A DNA stretch of 34,682 bases from Gemmatimonadota bacterium (GTDB lineage Bacteria; Latescibacterota; UBA2968; UBA8231): the NCBI GenBank assembly GCA_038153405.1, contig JAYOYH010000003.1, forward strand, positions 31,678 through 66,359, written 5' to 3'. Position numbers and translations under genes: made by a program. Below the pieces are notes generated by a model that worked only from the letters and a program-made list of their open reading frames with translations, was not told the DNA's origin and ran no database searches. Below, in pieces: positions 30,528-34,682 of the stretch. Numbering within the stretch: position 1 is the stretch's first letter; every line of letters begins with the position of its first letter.

Positions 30528-32390
30528 GTGCACGCTCGAAAAAGTCAGACCTCATTGGCAAAGAAAAGATCATCATCAGGCGGCCTGCTCAGCTCGCTCA
30601 AGACAATACTCGGCTCGCCCTCCCCCAAGCGCGCCAAACGTTCGGCAAAATCCAAAAAAAAATCCAAAAGCCGTCAACCGGGCGACCAACAGACCGCGTT
30701 CTACCCGCCCCGCATCGACCTCGATCCACTGCTCCACCCTGACCAAAAGCGCAGCGGGACCATCCCCCCCCGCCTGAATATCGGGACCGTACTCTACAGC
30801 CAGCGCCACGGCATAAAGTGCATCCTGCTCGAGCCATTCGACGTGGTTGATATCCTGACGCTCAAAGAGTTATGCCAACGCAAGTTCGGAGAGGAACAGG
30901 TCGTCTACCTGCCGATGGGCACCGCGGTGCTTAAAGAAGAAATCATGCACCAAGGCCGCGAGTACGTGGCGCGCTTAAACAAGGGCACCGTTCTGCTGAG
31001 CTCCGGTGGTCATCCCACCGGCTTCTTGCTCGAGGCTATATCGCTACCTCTGCGCAAAGAGCTCACGCGCAACAGCCAGTTCATGCCCCTGACGGAGGCT
31101 TCTGCCAAGCGCAACCTGCAAAAGCTCGTCAATATTCCCAGCAGCTTTTCTCTGCTCAAAGAGGACCTCTTACACGACGGCAATACGCCCGCGCAAACGG
31201 TCGAAAAAGGTTCGTTGGTCATCAGTCGCGGCGGTGGCCTAACCGGACTCATGCTGGAAGACGTGCAGTTACCCCTGCGCATCAGCGTGGTCGAACTGAC
31301 GGGGCTTTTCGCCCTCAAGACCACCTATAAGAGCTATCCCATTGAGATTTTGCTAATGGAAGCCAGCAATAGCAGCGAAGGAAAAGTGCCCATCGAGCGC
31401 GGCACGTTTCTCTTTAGCCCCTATGGCAAGGTGTATTTCGTCTGGCGCGAAGGGGTTGAAGTGACGGAGCAAACGCTGAAAAACTGGTCGGTGTCTGCAA
31501 CCGTCATTGACCGCAGCGTCCTTGAGATCTCCGTCACCAACAACAACACCATCGGCGGTCCGGGCGAAGTCATCACGCAGGACGATATGAACTATCTGCG
31601 CGACGTCTTCAAAACAGCCGGTTCCACCAATATATACCGCCAAACGCTCCTGCTCGAAAACAATGCCTTTTTCAAGTTCATTCAGGACATACCCTATGCG
31701 CACACCGGCAAGTTCCGCTCCTTTATAAACAAGGGACTCATGGTGCAGCTCAATACGTTCCGCAAGGGCACCTTTAGCGTCGAGTTAGGCGGTAGTCGCA
31801 TCGAGATTACCGACAAGGATCTCGAGCAGATTCGCAAGCATCTACAGATCGAAGGACGCCTACTCATTAAGATAGGCACTCTCCTGCGCGTGAGCGACGA
31901 GCGCTCGGGCGACTGGGTATACCGGGCCATTAACAATATTTTTTATCCCTACGATACGCTGACTCGGCCTCAGTTGGAAGAATACATACCCGATTCCATC
32001 ACTTTTGACCACCGTGCCGACAAGGAATCGACCCTGATCGGCCCGCAGGAGCATCCCCACGACGACGATATTGGTGCTGAAGGAGATCCTCTTGCCGACC
32101 TCATTGCGCTGGTCAATAACGAGCTCAGCAAGGAACGCACCGTATTCGTGCTCGACAGCACCCTATTTTTCTGGGGCAAACGCCTCTATAGGGTCAACGA
32201 AGAGTTGGTCTTTCGCCCCCAGCATCACAATAAGATCGACCTGCGCGATATGGAGGGCTTTGAGGCCGATTGGAAAATCCACCCCGTCGTCGAAGAGAAC
32301 CACACCGATGACGACGAACTCCCACCGCAGGATTTTGAAGACAACGACGACTTCGAAGACCTGCCTTTTGACACGGGCGTGCACAAGTAG
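30528..32390 (+). CDS. hypothetical protein, 620 aa, with degenerate internal repeats, basic N-terminus and acidic C-terminus
   Basis: Long ORF with GC-rich third codon positions and its own promoter; no family recognised; start codon uncertain. Confidence 0.85.
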   Translation: MHARKSQTSLAKKRSSSGGLLSSLKTILGSPSPKRAKRSAKSKKKSKSRQPGDQQTAFYPPRIDLDPLLHPDQKRSGTIPPRLNIGTVLYSQRHGIKCILLEPFDVVDILTLKELCQRKFGEEQVVYLPMGTAVLKEEIMHQGREYVARLNKGTVLLSSGGHPTGFLLEAISLPLRKELTRNSQFMPLTEASAKRNLQKLVNIPSSFSLLKEDLLHDGNTPAQTVEKGSLVISRGGGLTGLMLEDVQLPLRISVVELTGLFALKTTYKSYPIEILLMEASNSSEGKVPIERGTFLFSPYGKVYFVWREGVEVTEQTLKNWSVSATVIDRSVLEISVTNNNTIGGPGEVITQDDMNYLRDVFKTAGSTNIYRQTLLLENNAFFKFIQDIPYAHTGKFRSFINKGLMVQLNTFRKGTFSVELGGSRIEITDKDLEQIRKHLQIEGRLLIKIGTLLRVSDERSGDWVYRAINNIFYPYDTLTRPQLEEYIPDSITFDHRADKESTLIGPQEHPHDDDIGAEGDPLADLIALVNNELSKERTVFVLDSTLFFWGKRLYRVNEELVFRPQHHNKIDLRDMEGFEADWKIHPVVEENHTDDDELPPQDFEDNDDFEDLPFDTGVHK

Positions 32391-32511
32391 TTATGCGCCT
32401 TTTTCCCATCCTATACGCCCCTTTTTTCCAAGTTCCAGTCGCCTGACCTTCGCGTTCCGCATTCGCTTTCTTGCAATATCCCAGCTTTTTTTGACCAATC
32501 TTTAAATCCGC

Positions 32512-32540
32512 TTGACATACGGAGTTCTCATACCTATCCT
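32512..32540 (+). promoter_or_regulatory. sigma-70-type promoter upstream of ftsA
   Basis: TTGACA-17 bp-TATCCT, about 205 bp before the ftsA ATG. Confidence 0.6.
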
Positions 32541-32745
32541 AGGTATATCATAGACCGTAAGTCCTTATTTATTCGAGAAGATTCCCCTCTCCTCCTAGGA
32601 CCAAGTCTAGTTCCCCCCCACGCCCATACCAAACTCGGCACGTTCCACTTTTGCGAACGGCCTTTTTGGTTCTGATCTGATCGCTATTCTCCCTGCATGC
32701 TGCCCACCGTCAGCAAGCCACCGACTAACTTTAACTGGAAGCGAT

Positions 32746-33960
32746 ATGTCTGGATCTCCCATCGTCGTGCTAGATATCGGCAGTTCAAAAGTGTTGTGCC
32801 TCGTAGGCGAAACCCAAGGCGAGCAAGTCAAAATCCTCGGCATGGGTTCGGGCCCGTGTGCCGGCCTGCGCCGCAGTTCCGTCATTGATATGACCAAAGT
32901 GGTCGATTCCATTCGCCACGCTGTGCGCGAAGCCGAACGAGCGGCCGGCCTAAAAATAACCGGTGCCTACGTCGGCATGGCCGGCGAAGGCATCACCGCA
33001 GCGCAGCACCGCAGCACCGTCGCCATTCTCGGCAACTCCAATCCCATAGACGAAGACGACGTCCAACGCGCACTCACTGCGGCCGATCAAGAGCTGGCGG
33101 GCTCTCCGCAAACCGTCATGCATCGCATTGTTCAGGACTATGCCGTTGACGGTGAGTCGGTGCAGAACCCGCTCTGGCTGCACGGCAATCGCCTCTCCAT
33201 CGAAACGTTAACCATATCCGCGGCCGATTTTGCCTGCACCACCATCGAACGAGCGGCCAGCGAAGCGGGACTAAGCATTGCCGGCTTTCTACTCGAACCG
33301 CTAGCCGCCGCAGAAACGACGCTCTCGGTCGACGAGCGCGATATGGGCGTGGGGCTGTTGGATTTGGGCGCGGGCACCAGCGACCTGGCCCTGTTTTGCG
33401 GATCTCTTCGCCACGTCGTTGAAATTCCATTTGGCGGCGACGATCTCACGCGCGACCTTTCAATGGTCCTCAACATCTCGACGCGCGAAGCCGAACAGCT
33501 CAAGCGCCAGTGCGCCGTGCGCTATTTAGGAGAGGAAGGCGATGATATGCTTTCCTTCACCATGACTTCGGGGCGCACCAATTCGATGACCCGACACCAA
33601 CTCAGCGAAATCATTGAGGCACGCCAACGCGAAATTTTCGAATTTGTGGCTAAGGCGATAGAATCAACTCCGCACAGCCAGATGTTGGCTGCGGGATTGG
33701 TTATTACGGGCGGCGGCGCTCTTTTGGGCAACGTTGCCGAACTGGCCGAAGAGGTGCTAGGTCTTCCCGTCCGCTTAGGCGTGCCGCAAAATATCGTCGC
33801 TCCAAGCCTTATGCAGGATCCATCCTATGCTACTTCCATTGGCCTATTGCGCTTTGCCAGCAGCGATCACGACGAGATTGGCCGAGCAGAGTCTTCGGTG
33901 GCCGCATCATCTGGAGACGGCTTTTTCGGTAAGCTGAGCCGCATTCTCAGCCTCTTTTAG
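32746..33960 (+). CDS. ftsA: cell division protein FtsA
   Basis: LDIGSSKV, SHS2-like insert (DYAVDG..VQNP), DLGAGTS, PFGG..LT.DL, IIEAR..EIF, ITGGGA, PVRLG, C-terminal amphipathic helix GFFGKLSRILSLF. Confidence 0.95.
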   Translation: MSGSPIVVLDIGSSKVLCLVGETQGEQVKILGMGSGPCAGLRRSSVIDMTKVVDSIRHAVREAERAAGLKITGAYVGMAGEGITAAQHRSTVAILGNSNPIDEDDVQRALTAADQELAGSPQTVMHRIVQDYAVDGESVQNPLWLHGNRLSIETLTISAADFACTTIERAASEAGLSIAGFLLEPLAAAETTLSVDERDMGVGLLDLGAGTSDLALFCGSLRHVVEIPFGGDDLTRDLSMVLNISTREAEQLKRQCAVRYLGEEGDDMLSFTMTSGRTNSMTRHQLSEIIEARQREIFEFVAKAIESTPHSQMLAAGLVITGGGALLGNVAELAEEVLGLPVRLGVPQNIVAPSLMQDPSYATSIGLLRFASSDHDEIGRAESSVAASSGDGFFGKLSRILSLF

Positions 33961-33973
33961 AGGCAGTAGAATA

Positions 33974-34002
33974 TTGACAGCTACGTCGAGTAGGCCTATT
34001 TT
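33974..34002 (+). promoter_or_regulatory. tRNA promoter
   Basis: TTGACA-17 bp-TATTTT followed by a GC-rich discriminator (GCGGCCGG). Confidence 0.65.
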
Positions 34003-34021
34003 TAGCGGCCGGTTTTAACGA

Positions 34022-34097
34022 GCCACCCTAGCTCAGCTGGTAGAGCAACTCACTCGTAATGAGTAGGTCATCGGTTCGAGTCCGATGGGTGGCTCCA
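34022..34097 (+). tRNA. tRNA-Thr(CGT)
   Basis: 76-nt cloverleaf: acceptor GCCACCC/GGGTGGC, anticodon stem ACTCA/TGAGT with loop CT-CGT-AA, T-loop TTCGAGT, encoded CCA. Confidence 0.97.
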
Positions 34098-34102
34098 TAT
34101 TC

Positions 34103-34150
34103 AAAGAGGGGCCGTGGAATCAACAACCATTCCACGGCCCCTCTTTTTTT
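34103..34150 (+). terminator. rho-independent terminator after the tRNA
   Basis: 18-bp perfect stem AAAGAGGGGCCGTGGAAT/ATTCCACGGCCCCTCTTT followed by a T-run. Confidence 0.9.
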
Positions 34151-34269
34151 ATGCTGATCTTCCCTTTTCTTTTTGAATAGGGAAATAAGTAGTACCCCAT
34201 TTTTCGACTCAACTATTTTCTGGTAAAACCAAAAAAATAGCCCGTCGAATGGATTTTTAATTTAGCATC

Positions 34270-34682
34270 CTATTGCGAACCGTACGTGCGTCCCTTACCG
34301 CTTCGATTCCAAGCGCCGACCTGGCCATTGCCATAGTCATCGGCCTGTAGCGTTACAACCCCCTCACCGGTTTTATTAAAGACAAAAACGCCGCCGCCTT
34401 CTATTGTAGCTCCCAGCTCAACTAGTTTATTTCCCGTAGACCGGTGCGTAATTACGGTACCCGCATCGCTTACGGTGGCACCCAATTCAACCAGCTTTCT
34501 TCCCAACGAACTATAAGTTGCCACTGTTCCCTTGCCATCTGCTGTGGCGCTCAGTTCGACTAATTCCCCTCCCATAGCACGGTAGGTTTTAACCGCACCG
34601 TCACCCGCCGAATCGGCTTCCATCGCCACGGCAAGCTGGCCACGAGCATTCTGCACATATACCGCATTGGCCCTTACCGTAT
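34270..34682 (-). CDS. 3' part of a hypothetical protein with about 23-aa tandem repeats (5' end outside the window)
   Basis: The frame stays open from the window edge (TVRANAVYVQNARGQ...); repeats of GxVxT..xxGxxLVELxAT. Confidence 0.75.
   Translation of the reverse strand, partial: TVRANAVYVQNARGQLAVAMEADSAGDGAVKTYRAMGGELVELSATADGKGTVATYSSLGRKLVELGATVSDAGTVITHRSTGNKLVELGATIEGGGVFVFNKTGEGVVTLQADDYGNGQVGAWNRSGKGRTYGSQ

Noticed and set aside
32557..32572. IHF-like site in the ftsA leader
   Set aside because: Two mismatches to WATCAANNNNTTR and no supporting context.

Overview
This is a GC-rich, gene-dense bacterial chromosomal segment from a probably diderm organism (it encodes an outer-membrane Wzi-like barrel). 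It holds about 31 CDS and one tRNA-Thr(CGT). The left end carries a phage-shock (Psp)-like operon on the - strand: pspA, a 2-TM/winged-helix protein, a soluble TPR histidine kinase, and a REC-fused PspF-like sigma-54 activator. A sigma-54 -24/-12 promoter and a pair of PspF-type upstream activator sites precede it, and no pspBC lies in the window. The middle holds catabolic genes (SSS symporter, FGE-domain protein, ALDH, D-amino acid aminotransferase, TIM-barrel protein, M20 amidohydrolase, epimerase, PhyH dioxygenase, sulfatase, TauE, Gfo/Idh/MocA). These are followed by a USP-USP-EIIA fusion with ppx, a BCP peroxiredoxin missed by the ORF track because of an in-frame UGA (selenocysteine, with a SECIS-like hairpin), and a YchF-like protein with degenerate NTPase motifs. 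The right part holds a wzi-GT2-radical SAM-GT2-nth operon, eno, a membrane protein, ssb, a 620-aa repeat protein of unrecognised family, an ftsA outside a dcw cluster, tRNA-Thr and a truncated 23-aa-repeat protein. The most notable items are the apparently two-component-controlled Psp system, the selenoprotein, and the repeat protein next to the orphan ftsA. No database searches were run; comparisons to E. coli and other reference sequences are from memory.
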